Below are positions 51,176 through 64,000 of a stretch of 64,000 nucleotides of DNA, piece by piece; position 1 is the first letter of the stretch, and each line of letters begins with the position of its first letter. A program made the position numbers and the translations under genes. Source of the DNA: Camelus ferus (Eukaryota). The DNA lies in contig NC_045697.1 of the NCBI RefSeq assembly GCF_009834535.1, positions 41,976,001-42,040,000 on the forward strand, written 5' to 3'. The notes below the pieces were generated by a model, which was given only the letters and a program-made list of their open reading frames with translations, made no database searches and was not told the origin of the DNA.

Positions 51176-54109
51176 CACATGGTGAATACGGAGGAAGCTC
51201 ACCACAGCTGGACGTGGGTGTTAGATGCCAAACTCAGCTAAGGGACACCAAGAGGAAAAGCAGAAGAATGTTGGGTAATTTTGCCCAATTTGCTATTTTG
51301 CTATGATTTGGCTGTGTGTGACATCTATCTCTAATTCAGTAGAGATTATGCAAAGTACATGTCATAAAATGTTAATTATAACAACTAAATCCAATTTCAC
51401 GGTTGTTTCTTACCCTGCTCAATGAATCTTGGGAACTTGGAGCTAAATAGATTGCCCATCTCCCCCTACCCCACTGCCACTTCCATTACTAGAGAAATGG
51501 CCTTTGAATGTAAATTTTTAGCTCTAATCCTGCTATCAGGCAAGTTCTTCCCAATTCCTCAATTTCAGTTAGTCATTTCTCTAGCCTTTATACTCTCAAC
51601 CAGATTGCCTGAATTACCAGATTTTTATGTATGTCTCTCTCTTCCACTGAGTTAAAAATACTTACATGGCAAGTTCAATGTATTTTACATAAACATTGCA
51701 TGCTACATAAATCTGAATACAAAGCTTTACTAATGATACATTTTTTACAAATACTGGTTGAATAAAAATCCAGTCACAACTATAGCAAACAACCTCATTT
51801 CCCCAACAAGACTCTAAACTGTATTGCAATATGGCCAGTCACTGTCTACTTGTTCCCATATATTTTTGCAGCAACTAACTAGTGTACATTGAAGACAAAT
51901 AAATCAGAGATTACAAAAAAGTGCATGATATTTAAAAATTATAAACTAGTCAAATAGTGGCATTTGCACCTAATTTATTAAGTGGTCAATGAATTTTTAG
52001 TCATTTAATCCTAAAATGAAATTGTTCTAATTTTTCTTTGAAAAATGACTTGTGAAGCAAAGAGAAATAAAGATTTTAGCTCACAGTTGAACTAGGATAA
52101 GAAATAATAGTACAGACTTCTTTCAAATTCATATTACCAAAAAGAACAGAAAATTGAACAAAAGGCAGGTATTTGCAGTGTATCATTTTCCACACCTTAA
52201 TGATTTTGCATCGATTAAATGGAAACCTTTGAAAATGTGCATTTAATGAGATAGAACTAACATCTACAGTTTAATATACTATATAAGCAATCAAACATTA
52301 AGAGATTCTTCTGTAATACAGATTCACAATATATTTTGAAATCTCCATAGAATGAGGCTGATTATTTCAAAGCCATTTAAAATTTGTCTTATACAGATTC
52401 TTCAAAACACTCTCAGCGGGATTATCAGTTTCTTCTCACGGGCCTCAAAATTCATGCTATAAAAAAGTCTATGAGAAATACTTACTGAGAGTTTACATGT
52501 TTTTTCCAATGTGTGTTTTTTTTTTAAGGTTTAAAATGAAATTTACTAGGCAAAAACACTGAGCACAAGAGAGCACATGTGTTTGATGTCCATTTCCCAG
52601 TGTTACAGCACAGACACCTACTTTTTGGAAGTCAGTCTATCTTATACAAAGACTACTTTTACATTCAGAAGGGATTTTCTAGTATTAAGGTAAATATTCA
52701 TATATTTCTACCTATAGACCATTTTCTTTCTATCCAAAACTTACCCTTCACCCTCCCTCTTGATTATCATACAGACTCTCATTTTTGTCCATAAAGCAAT
52801 GATATAAATGTTGTGTGCAGTCAATATTTTTGTTTAAAAAAATCAGAGCCCAAGGAAAAGTGATTTAGGGCCATTTAGTTTATAAAATAGTGTTTAAATT
52901 AAATGTGCCAATAATTAGAGCATGAAAATAATTTTGTTATATGGAAATTTTGTTTAAGGCATTTGTTTTAAATGATAGACTTACTCTGTTATTAGACTGT
53001 CTGGAATTTTAATCTTAAGCTACAAACAAAACAAACACTAAAGCATAAAAATAAGCAGATGCCCACTGACCATAACTAGAATTTATCTAAGAGAAATCTG
53101 CTTACATGTAATTTTATTATCTAGGTTACTTTTACTTTTAATGGTCAATCTTTTTAAAGTAACAGATCATTTTCATGACCATCATTATAAGACCTGATCT
53201 TTACACAAAGTGTAGGAAGTAAGTTTCTCATTCCTCTTGCCATCATCCAGTTTGGTAGCTCACGAGTTCCTATTTACTAAGTGGAACTGTGACAATTTAA
53301 TGAGATTTTGTCAGATCTTGCAAAAATCCATACATAATTGTCGTATAGAGTAAAATGAATGCTACACACAGTCCTGCAATATTTCTTCAAAGAAAAGTTA
53401 ACTACAAAAAAGCAATAGAAGGTGCTTGTATATATTATTTAAAAGCTTACATTGTTTATCTGTGAGATGCTATATGCATGCATCATCATCATTAATTAGT
53501 ATTTCTTCAAGCCCCATATCATCCCTGCAATGCCAACAATTATTTTAACATCAAATAAAGATTACGATAATAAATTATATTGGCTTAGTCATCTCTAATT
53601 TATCTAGAGAATAAATTTCCTATGGAAATAAGTTATCCATTTGACAAATGACTGTAAAGAAAAATGACACTATCACCATTATCAGAAAATTATAGGCTGT
53701 TAAAGCTAAAAGAGGTCTTAGATGCAATCTGGTACAGTTTTTTGTTTTCAAATACAGCCAAAGTCATTAAAAAGCTTGCTTAACAGATGAAACTAGTTAG
53801 TGATGAAGTCAAACTTAGATCTCTTAATCTAATACGATATTTTTTCCATTAAACAAAGCTAACTTCCTAAGGTAATAATTATACTAACATCTGCTGATTA
53901 TCAAGTAGTTCTTATGCACCTCTCTCTTTTAAGAAGAAGAAAGAGGATGAGGAGGAGGAAGAGAAGAAACTGGCATTTACCAGCTTATATTGCTAAGATT
54001 TTTATTTTTCTTAAACTCAGTGCAGTCTGAGACAGAGCACAAACCAAAAAGATAAGTAAAAACTGAGGTTTACTTCTTACATTTAGATCAACAACTAGGT
54101 ATGGAATAT

Positions 54110-54508
54110 CTTATGAGCTGAATTGTGTCACTCCCCAAAAATTCATGTAGCTGTCCTATACCTCAGAACTTGATTGCATTTAGAGATTGGATCTTTAAAA
54201 AGAGTATTGCATTAAAAAAGGTCATTAGGGAGGGCCCTAACCCAGCAGACTGGTATCCTTTCAAGAAGAGGACATCTGGACACAGGCACATACAGAGGGA
54301 AGAGCATGTGAAGACAGGGCAGAGACGGCCTCCTACATCCAATGACAGGCATGGCACAGGGTCCGCTTCACAAGCCTCAGAGGGAAACAACCTTGCTAGC
54401 ACCTGATCTCAGACTCCTACGTGCTAGAACAGTGAGAAAACAAATTTCTGTAGTTTAAGCTGCACAGTCTGTCGCACTTTGTTATGACAGCCCCAGAAAA
54501 CTAATACA
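54110..54508 (+). mobile_element. MLT1B-like MaLR solo LTR
   Basis: ttatgagctgaattgtgtc...ccccaaaaattcatgt start; gttatgacagccccagaaaactaataca end. Confidence 0.9.
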
Positions 54509-55116
54509 GAATATAAAGTTAAAATGGCTCATCTTTTGCATTCCATCTGCGAAAGGAAAGGAAGATTCCTCAGGAGCATGGAAGGTAAAATAGGAAGTTA
54601 TTAAATTTCTTCTGAGTTTAGCAGTGACCTCTATTTGCATTCTTGATTTACCCTGTGGCCTCAACTATAGAATATAAGCAAAATACGTTACTATAATTCA
54701 ATCAAAATAAACATTTTTAATATCATTATTTTAAAATTATCCCTCAATTGATATACATGACTCTGTGGCCCTTTGTTTGTGTCAGATAATCAAATCCTGA
54801 CTGTACTTATGCAAATGCAAAGAGATAAATACATCAAGAGATATAGTGAATATAAAAATAGGTGACAATTACATTTTAAATAATCACTACTCTTTCATTT
54901 CATTGAAGAAAGAATTAGTCACAACTAAATTATAAATTCTCTGAGGGACAGAACTATGTCTTCCTGATCTTGAACAGCAGTATGAAACTTAGCCTAGTCT
55001 TAGACTTAGTAGGGGCTCAATAAATATTTGTTAAATAAACATAAAAGTATATCATAAAAATTCTTATGGTCCACATTAAAACACTGAAGTAAGATGTTTT
55101 AAAATATAGGTTTTAT

Positions 55117-55709
55117 TGTTATTTAGGTATGGCAAGGCTAACAGATCAGGAGATCACTGCAGTTGCAAAGACAGTCTGTCACACTCACAGATCCCAGGAG
55201 GAAGGGGCAGGGTATGCCACACCATGGTGGGGAAGGGGGCACACACAGAGGTGGGGGACCAGCACCAGGGCTGGTCAGAAGGCAGAGGGAGTGGGATGGG
55301 AGAAGCTGGGGAGATGAGGGCAAGAGCCTTTACTGTGTTTCCATGGGAAGGAATGAGAGAGGCACTAAAAGGAGGTTTAGGATTGGCTCATTTGAATAAT
55401 TTCAGCAGGCTTTGGTGTATAATGCCTGTCAGAGGTTGTCTGGTATCTGGCCCTGGGATGATGAGGGCAAGTGGATAGTAGCTTAAAGTTTAAGAGTCCC
55501 TTGGAGGAGGTCTAAGATTGCCACGGAGGAGGTGGTTGGGGGTGTGGCTGCAGATTGGTTTGTTTGCATTTGAAAGGAGTGCTCCAGGGAAAATCCTTTA
55601 CCAACTTGAGAAACTGGCTAATCCATTGAAGGGCTGGCCCTCCAGGATCGGCAAGGCGCCTGAGGTCAAAGCATCACAATGCAGAAAATAAAAAGCCATG
55701 GTTAATGCA
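55117..55709 (-). mobile_element. MER76/MER77-like ERVL solo LTR
   Basis: Minus strand starts TGCATTAACCATGGCTTTTTATTTTCTGCATTGTGATGCTTTGAC and ends ...AATAACA (TG...CA termini). Confidence 0.75.
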
Positions 55710-57783
55710 AAGGAACTGCTTTATTTCCTAGTAATTTGCCATTTTTCTTAGTAATTAGCAAATTGAGCGATATTTCTGACTTTTTTTTCAGCTTGTCCCA
55801 TAACATATTAGCCTTGTCTTCTATGCGGCATTGATGCTGATAACACAGCTGCACTAAAATCTGTATGAATCTTGGTAAATTCCTAATTTTGTAACTGCTT
55901 AATGAACACAATGGTCAATTTTTCCTTTTTTGAAAATGACTTACTCCAATAAATAGATACATGAATTTAATATGACTTGTTGTTAAATAAATTATTTTTG
56001 TGAACTAAATATTAATCAAAAGACATCACAGAAAGTCTTTTTAAGGTTATTTGTTTTTGACTGATTCAAAAGACACAGTAGCAGTTATTTTCCTGATTAC
56101 ACTATGCAAATGTCTTGGAGCCAATTTTGAGAGCTCATTATCTATTTACTTTTATTGAATACTGGACAGGGTATAAAGAATTCTATTCTTGTTCCTGCCT
56201 TTGCCTGAGATTTAGGTCAGGTGCCTTTGCTTCTATAGCCTCTGGATGATTTCTTTTCAATGTAACTCAGAATAACACTAGCCATATTGGTCATAGATTC
56301 TTTCAAAGCACTGAGATTCCAGAATTTACTGAAACAGAACATGGTTCTGGATTTTCGGTAGTCAATCTGTCCCAAAGCTGCTGAGTGAGAAATAGAGTAT
56401 ATCTAAGTCTCCAATTAAAGATAATAGGGATCATGTCTGAGTCTCAACTCCATGGGCACCATTCCTCTCTTCTGGGTGACCCCCAGGCAAGTTGAGAAAT
56501 AATCAACAAGAATAGAAATGTGCAGTATTGAATCATAAAGCTGACTGCCATTTCATTAGATAGATGTTAGAAACAACTATCTAAAAATGATGCTGCCTTC
56601 CTTCTTCAGCTTCACGTCCACCTGGAATAACAGAAGTCCTGAGTAAGAAGTGGTAAGGGGATTCGGAAAGTTAGCACCTCGTCAATGACTAGAGTCAAGA
56701 CCTAACGAAATGAACCAACAGCATTAGGTTCTTGCCTTGAACTCACCAGTGATTTTATCAACAGTCTCTCCTTAAGGGAATTATTTATCTTTATAATTTT
56801 AACCTAAAGAAGAGGGTTTTCAGTAGCAAATATCAAGTAGGCAGAGGATATCCCATAACTGCCTATGGTAGATACACTAGTAATTAAATGCCAATTGTAA
56901 TTTAAGTTTAAATAAGAAGCTTCAGGAGACTCCTTGTTCTCACTGATCCAGTTGAACAAGGTGTCCCATATATTGTGAGAACACACATATACACACACAG
57001 ATAAAATTAAAATTGATGTTCATACTAGTGAGGAAGAAAAAGGGGAAATAAACCCCCACACACTTCTGTATTGTTAAATTGACTGTCACGGAGTTTTCTT
57101 CAGGTTTAAAATAAGCTGGTACCACTTAGAGAATTTCTTTTCCCATAACCATTAGAATGTCTAAAGAAGTCACAGGTCAGTTGAAGAACGCATCCCTTTA
57201 GTTTTTCAAGTGGTGCCAAAAAGTGTTAAGAAAGAAGAATATTAAATTGCACGAGGCTCTTCTCTAATTCATTGAAACAGCTGAATTAAAACCACTAAGT
57301 CAAGCAGAATCTTACTCAGAAGCAGTTGTATCATATTACATGTGCAAGTCTAATGAACATTATTAAATGTGGTATTTGGCTCTAAAATAAAGTATCAGAA
57401 GACTAGTTCAAAATTACTTCTCTAACTAAATCACTGCTGTAGTTCTTCTTAAATCAGGGCTAAGCTAGAGCTTTGAACGTGCAAGATTGTCCCAGTTGGT
57501 GAGAAGAGGGTGGAGATGAGGCAAGTTATTACAAAGCTACGCCGCACTCCTGGCCTGCCCTGGTGCTGGTTACTAGGGATTTAGATCGGGACGAGAGTGT
57601 GGTGTGACTGAGATGGTGTGTAGTGTAGAAGTTTCTGCTCGGGAGGTGAAACAAAGGGAGTGTAGATTTTGGATAAAGCCTCATAGGAATGTAAACCATA
57701 GTCCTAGTTCTTAGCAATAGTGTTCTATGTTAATACCTGTTCCTATTTTAAAGAACAACCTCAAATATCTCTTTGATCTAGAT

Positions 57784-58100
57784 CAGCACTGTCCAATAGA
57801 AATACATGAGCCAAATATTTAATTTAGCATCATCTAGTACTTACATCAATAAAGGTAAAAAGAAACAGGTGACATTAATGTTAATTATCCATTTTACTTA
57901 CTAGATCATAGACATTCTCATTTCAACATATGTTGAAAATATTAGAGATATTTTACATTCTTTTTCTCAGTACAAAGTTTTTGAAATCAAGTGTCTTTTA
58001 TACATAGAGTACATCTCCATTCAGATTAATCACACTTCAAGTGCTCAATAGCTACATGTGGTCAGTGGTTACCATGTGTGGCTACTGACAATGCATATCA
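57784..58100. mobile_element. MER33-like hAT-Charlie element
   Basis: cagcactgtccaatagaaatacatgagcc ... aaggtaaaaagaaacaggtga ... ttcaagtgctcaatagctacatgtgg. Confidence 0.85.
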
Positions 58101-58348
58101 AGATACTGGAATCTATTACTGGGGAAAACCTGGAAGGCAAACGTATGTTTAAAAAAACCAAAAAACAGTGAAGCTGAATGAATACCTAATGGCATATCAA
58201 TTAACCCAAAAGTTCTACTCTTCATATCACCCACTTATTTGTTGTCAAATTTGGAGTTGTAGAGACCAGGAAGTTGATGTGAAAGATCTTTGGACTATAC
58301 TATTGGCTCAGTTCAATTTCTTTGCTAGTGGATCTGAAGTATGATTAT

Positions 58349-58376
58349 GATAGATAGATAGATAGATAGATAGATA
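58349..58376. repeat. (GATA)7 microsatellite
   Basis: Visible directly in the sequence. Confidence 0.95.
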
Positions 58377-61049
58377 ATGGCATGTCTAGTTAGACCATAA
58401 GGATATATAAAGTGTAGGTTATGCTTGTTTGAATTATAGGAGAAGAAAATACCCTTTTCAAGGAAAGTAGATAAGAGTCAGGGAGAAGTAATAATTCTGA
58501 GTATCTGAGGGTCTGTCACTGAAAAGGTCTTTTGCCTTATGCACTCAAACCTGAGATACAGAACAAAGGCAGCAATGAAAAAAGAATAAAACCTGAAGGA
58601 AGTGGCATTGGTAATTTTACTGAGGATCGGAGTGTCCTAGCGACACAGGTTGAGTCCAACCCCACTAGGTATCAGGAGTGGTACTGATGCTTAAGCGTTT
58701 GAACCACAGTGCCCTTTGTGGGCATCTGAAAGAATTAATGTAGGAGGTGAAGCAATGAGGAGAGGGAGAGGAAGAAACTGACAGAATGACTTGGAAGCCG
58801 AAGGGAATACCTCAGTGACCACACAGTAGACATCTTCTGAGAATAGATACCAGTCTTTAGATACATTGGAAGATTGTTACGTTCCTGAAAAGTAAAAGAA
58901 AACTGAACCAGAAAAATCCTATATTTGACCATTAGCATGACCTTAGTTTGCCTCCAAGGTGAAGTTTAAAATGGAGTAATAGAGGGATATTAGTGATAAT
59001 TGGAGGCAGAACCAATTTATTGAATGTTTTAGAATATTTAGAGTATAGAGCTCATAAATTCTTGAAACAAACCTGCTAATACTGGTATCTTTTTATTTCT
59101 TCATCGCATATTAAACACATAAGTATATAGTATTAACTCACTGACTGAAAGAGAACCGAACCATTTGTGAAATTTGTCATTCCTTAGTTAAACTGGATTG
59201 CTAATTACGACATGTAAAAACACCAGTTGCATAATTACACTCAAGTGTCATGTCAAATCATTTAACTAGAAGAAATCATAAAAACAGTAATCAGTATCTT
59301 CAGAAGGGGGAGTGTTCTCTCAGAATGTAGCTGGGGAAGAAACAAGTAAGAACCCGTCTATGACAAAACTCAAAGCAACACTTACTAGGAAAAAAAAACC
59401 ACGACGATTCACGGGAGCAGAACCGGAGGCATCTGGTTGCTGAGCGAGTCTTAAACTCAGAGCTTAACTTTAAAGAGAAGCAAACAGGTTCCCAAAATAT
59501 TTTAGGAAGTACATAACAATCACAACTATTCTTAATGTATCTCTTTTGAACTACTGATTTATAATTGTTCATTCAAAGGGAATAAAAACTAAGATCTTAA
59601 TCTAAAATTGCATTCTCGTTTCTGCAATCTTGGTGAATGAGAAGAAGGTAAAAGGTAAGATAGTCGATGATTGTAAATATTGCTCTGCTAGACGAACTTC
59701 TTGGCAAGAAATTGTATTTTACATAAGGCAAAATAAAGTGAAAGGTCAGTTCACGGAGCAATCTGAATTAAAATTTTTGGGCCTTGCAGATGCCTAGAGT
59801 TATAAGAAACTGCCCAATTTAAGCACAGGGTAGCACAATTCTAACTTCATAGAAGGTACTGAATAAATGCTTGTTAAGGAAGGACGAGACTATGTGCTGA
59901 TTTGTCAAACTCATGTATACTGAGTAACTTTCTAAGCATTCCTATATAATCCAAGGAAGAGTAGAATACCGTTCAAAATCTGTCTCCCCTATGTGTGTAA
60001 TTTCTTACTAGATTGACAGATAACCAAAAAAATACACATCAAGAGGAAAAGAGACTTAGAGAGGCAGCCAAAGAAATGCCAGACAGTGAGAAAAGCAAAG
60101 GAAAACATAGACAGCCATTCAGATGAACTGCTAATAAGAGAGGTGCCAAGATTTCCGTCTGGGCAGTGTGGTAACACTATATGTAGACATATCCTAAGCA
60201 TTTTAATAGCCAGGTTTCACTAGAAGCTGAAAACAGTAGGTGCTAGACAACAGTGTGCTCATTATTATTTTTCCCTTGAGCCAAACACACATATAAAAGA
60301 AAAAAAAATGCTATCCATTGGAACAAAACCAAAAGGAAAATTTTTTAATGAACCTAATAAATTCTAAGTAAATGATACTGTTCCTAGGGTAATTAGTGTC
60401 CTAGAACATCTGTTATCTCACCAGGGAAAACTAAATCTAATTTTAACTCCTGATATTCTTAAACATTTAAAAACCTGCAAATGACACCCTCATGCCATGA
60501 AGAAATCTACAGCGCAAGGTAATTGCAATTGCAAAGCTAAATGGAGCTTGGAGAGGCAAGCATTTTCTCAGATGCTGCTATTAGACATTAATTTGCTATT
60601 AATCAACGCAGATTTTGGCAGCTGGGCTGCATACCTGTTAACAGAAAATGGAATCCTAAGTCCTCATTATATATATGTGACATAAGAGGCATAAAAACAC
60701 AGTGAGACCACAAGGATGGTTCACTGTGTATTTCCTTTAACAACTTGTGTAACCTACGTTAGGTTCTGTTATTACGTAAAATCTGTTGAGATGGAGTGCT
60801 GAGGACCTGCACCAGGAGAATGCGAGAAAACACCTCCTGACCCAAGCATCTCTTCTTTTAACCAATAAAAGAACAGGAGTGCTTTAGGCAATAAATGTTC
60901 CAAGCTCTGCAGTGCTGTGAAATATAGCTTAGGACAAGAAAAGAAATCCTCTGTAGAAGTCAGTCTTTACTTGTGGTAGAAACTACTAATTGTCTCCCAA
61001 TATGCATATTCTCATTCTTTTAAATAGTAATATAAGCCAGATTTTTATA

Positions 61050-63000
61050 TGGGCACATGAGAGGTCAGAGAACATACGGTGAGAAAACAAAAAATAGATG
61101 AATCACAGGCTAATAAAATTCAGGAACAGGGTGGAAAAAATAAAAACATCAGAGAAATAAAGGCAAAATTTGAGTGAACTAAATTTTAAGACAGTACATC
61201 GGAAAACATAAAAGAAAAATTTTTTAAAGAGTTAACTGAGTTTTATAAAACGATAAATATGGAAATCAGACAAAGAAACACACAAAATATTAAAATATAA
61301 ATCACAAGGATGTTTTCCAGAAATTAAGGAAGAATTAGATCTATGGATACAAAAGACACACTATACAGCAAGACCATTTCACAATGAAATGTATCCTAAT
61401 CATACTATTGCATTTTTCAGATAAAGAAAAAATTCTTTGGGTGGCCAGTCATGATCAAATCATTTTTAAGCAGCTAAAATTCAGTGTGATCTCAGTTTTC
61501 CCACCACAATATTCAACATTAAAAAAAGTAGAAAAAATGGTGACAAAGGCCACAAAGACATAAAATGTGATCTAACAGTTTTCCACCCATATTTTTGAAC
61601 AAACGAAACCAAGAAATACTGCTATGAGCTCATCGTGAAGAAGTGACTTGAGTAATATTACTTGCCAAACAGCAAAGAATGGGAAAACCATAGCAAAATG
61701 ATTTTAAGTGAACACTGAATCTATTTAACTAAAACATATGGGAAGCAGGGTTACAGAACTTTTATAAATGTTATACATCCTGTCAGTATAATAATCTAAC
61801 AAAATGGGCACGAGAAGAAAGAGGAAAGATTGGAAAAATTTTCAAACATACATTTACTTTTCCCTTACAGCTAGCTAAAAAAAACTCTATCACTTGAAAT
61901 TGATCAGATAGAGAAATTTAAGTTTATTTAACAACATATAGGTATGCATTATGAAATACAACATTGTCAACCAAATTGGGTGTGGAGAAGAAAAGCTAGC
62001 AAGAGAAATATCCCAACATAATCTTTGCTCCTTCTAAGGAGTAAACAGATATTGTGTAAAATATTGAGAATTAAGGATTTTATACAAAGTACTAATTTAA
62101 AGCTACCTCCTCATGTAAAAGTAAATTTTCCCATATTATTAGAAGAAATATATGCAACTCAAAGGAAACACAAGTCCAAAAAATCAAATATTGAAAAAAA
62201 TAAATAGCCTATACAAACTGAAAGCATAATGTAAAACAACATGACAGAATTATCATATCAATCACATCAATATATTGTAAATGGCTAAACTCAACTATTA
62301 TATACAAAAGAAACTAAGAAATTAGAAAATGAAGTGAAACTCAATTACATGTTGAACCTGAGAAATGAACTAAAACAGAGAAAACTAAAGACTAAAATCA
62401 ACTGTGTGAAAATCCTCAATATATTCCAAAAGACAAGAATCAGCATATGTAGTATTTTCTGATAATCATTTAATAAAATTAGAATTAACAAGAAAATAAG
62501 AAAAAAGAGCCAAGAAACTGGACTTTTAAAAAAATTAACTTTCTCTTCGGAAACATGAGTCAAAGATGATATCAAAACTAAGATTTTAGAACTGACATAA
62601 AAATATCAGTATTTGAATAACTATCTAGCAAAACTCATGGGAGAGACCTTACAGAACCTAAAAGAACATTCCTACTTTAAATGTTCATATTAAGCTGATA
62701 AAATTAAAATAAACAATTACATATAAAGAACTTTGAAAAAGGGCAATACAAAAGTTCAAGGAAGGCCATTTGAGAAATTAATAAAAACACAAGTTGAAAT
62801 AAATGAAATAGCAAAACAAAAAAATGATAAAACTATTAGAAATTAACATTGGAAATAGTAATAAAATAATAAACCATTAACTAAATAAAGTAAAAAAAAA
62901 TTCATAGGAAATTAGCTCAAATATATTTTAAAATCTGGATGAAATGATATTTTAGATAACACAATTTATTAAATGTCAGACAAAGAAGAAATCTCAGATT
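61050..63000 (+). mobile_element. Highly decayed ancient L1M/HAL1-like segment
   Basis: Very A-rich, with L1 ORF1/ORF2-like phrases (tgtaaatggctaaactcaactatta, aaaatctggatgaaatga). Confidence 0.6.
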
Positions 63001-63014
63001 TCTTACACAGATAC

Positions 63015-63400
63015 TTGGAGACATTTTTTATTGCAATGACTGTGTGGGAGGGTACTCTCTGGCAGGTAGAGGCCAGAAATGCTGCTAAATATCCTTTTTT
63101 TTTTTTTTTTTTTATACCAATAAGGGTGCACAGGTCAGTGCCTGCAATAAGGAAATAACTATCCAGAAATGTTAATAGTGTTTAAGTTTAGGTGTGGCTA
63201 ATTCTGCTGGTCTCTAGACTACACTTTGAGTAGCAACATTCCAGACAAGAGTCAGCCAACTTTTTCTATAAAGAATCAGATAGCAAATATTTTAGGCTTT
63301 GTGGGACACAAACAGTTGCACATTCTATGTTTGTTTTTCCAACCTTTAAAAATATAAAAACTATTCTCAGTGCATAGGCCTTACCAAAATAGACCCATTT
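63015..63400. mobile_element. Cluster of MER20-, MER5- and MER58-like fragments
   Basis: tggagacatttttt...gtagaggccagaaatgctgctaaatatcct; ctacactttgagtagca; gtcagccaactttttctataaagaatcagatagcaaatattttaggctttgtggg. Confidence 0.7.
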
Positions 63401-63906
63401 GTAAATTATAGGAATATATATTTGTTGTGGAATATGAATGCAAAGAATATAAATTCTTCCCCCATATAATAAAAATTCATGTTTCTTGGTCTTAAACTAA
63501 TTCTCATGATTAATGGAAAATTCTAGGAGATCATTAATATCAGGGACAGTGAAATGATCTTCACTATGACTACTATTGTGTCACACTTTCTAGTGATGAT
63601 AGCCAATATAATGATACAAAAGAAATAGATTATTCTTGTAAAGCTTGTCAAGCAGAAGTGTAGTAGAACCTAGCTGGATGATCACCATTTATTATTTTTT
63701 TTTAACTTTTCCTGGGTACATATATACACTACATTTCCCAATAGGCAAAGCCATATATGAGTTCTGCAAGTAGGACAAACCCAGAAGTGAAGTGTACTGA
63801 TCCCAAGACTGTCTAATAAAATAATTCCAAGTGATTGTAATTCTCTCTTCCCACATCTGCCAGCTGGATACAGAGAATCCAAGGTGGAATTCTGAAGCCC
63901 ACGAAC

Positions 63907-64000
63907 AGGAGTTGGCAAACCAGCTCATGGGCCAAAGCTGGCCCACGGCCTGTTGCTATCAATTAGGTTTGATTGCACAGCCATGCTCATTTATCTACGT
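63907..64000. mobile_element. MER58-like MITE (cut by the window end)
   Basis: caggagttggcaaac...catgggccaaagctggcccacggcctg...cacagccatgctcatt. Confidence 0.8.

Noticed and set aside
55116..55478. Cluster of overlapping ORFs up to 120 aa
   Set aside because: Entirely within a GC-rich ERVL LTR.
1..64000. CRISPR arrays, rRNA, operons, CpG island or processed pseudogene of a host gene
   Set aside because: No regularly spaced repeats, rRNA-like sequence, long CpG-rich stretch or recognisable host protein was seen.

Overview
AT-rich, CpG-poor mammalian genomic DNA that is intronic or intergenic. No protein-coding exon or gene could be recognised, and nearly all listed ORFs are chance or repeat-derived. 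A tRNA-Ala(AGC)-derived SINE matching the camelid Vic-1 type, camelid/artiodactyl-style L1 3' ends and no visible Alu, BovB/Bov-tA, PRE-1 or CAN-SINE point to a camelid genome (inference). The window is a mosaic of ancient repeats (L2, MIR, L3, L1M, MaLR/ERVL LTRs, hAT MER elements) plus a few younger insertions with intact target-site duplications (TSDs). The most unusual structures are: (1) a rearranged ERV at 6.4-7.2 kb whose two LTR 3' ends form a ~250-bp fold-back next to a tRNA-Arg(CCT) primer-binding site; (2) a twin-primed L1 at 13.5-14.4 kb with a 27-bp templated patch at its inversion junction; (3) a second, miniature 5'-inverted L1; (4) a 122-bp stretch of apparently unique sequence copied into a TA microsatellite ~900 bp away; (5) minus-strand splice donors, a possible 3-nt microexon and an ETS/RUNX/E-box/GATA cluster, which hint at the 5' intron of a large minus-strand gene with alternative promoters. 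I found no evidence for a new multi-gene system. Repeat family names come from recalled consensus sequences, not a database search, and boundaries of old repeats are approximate.
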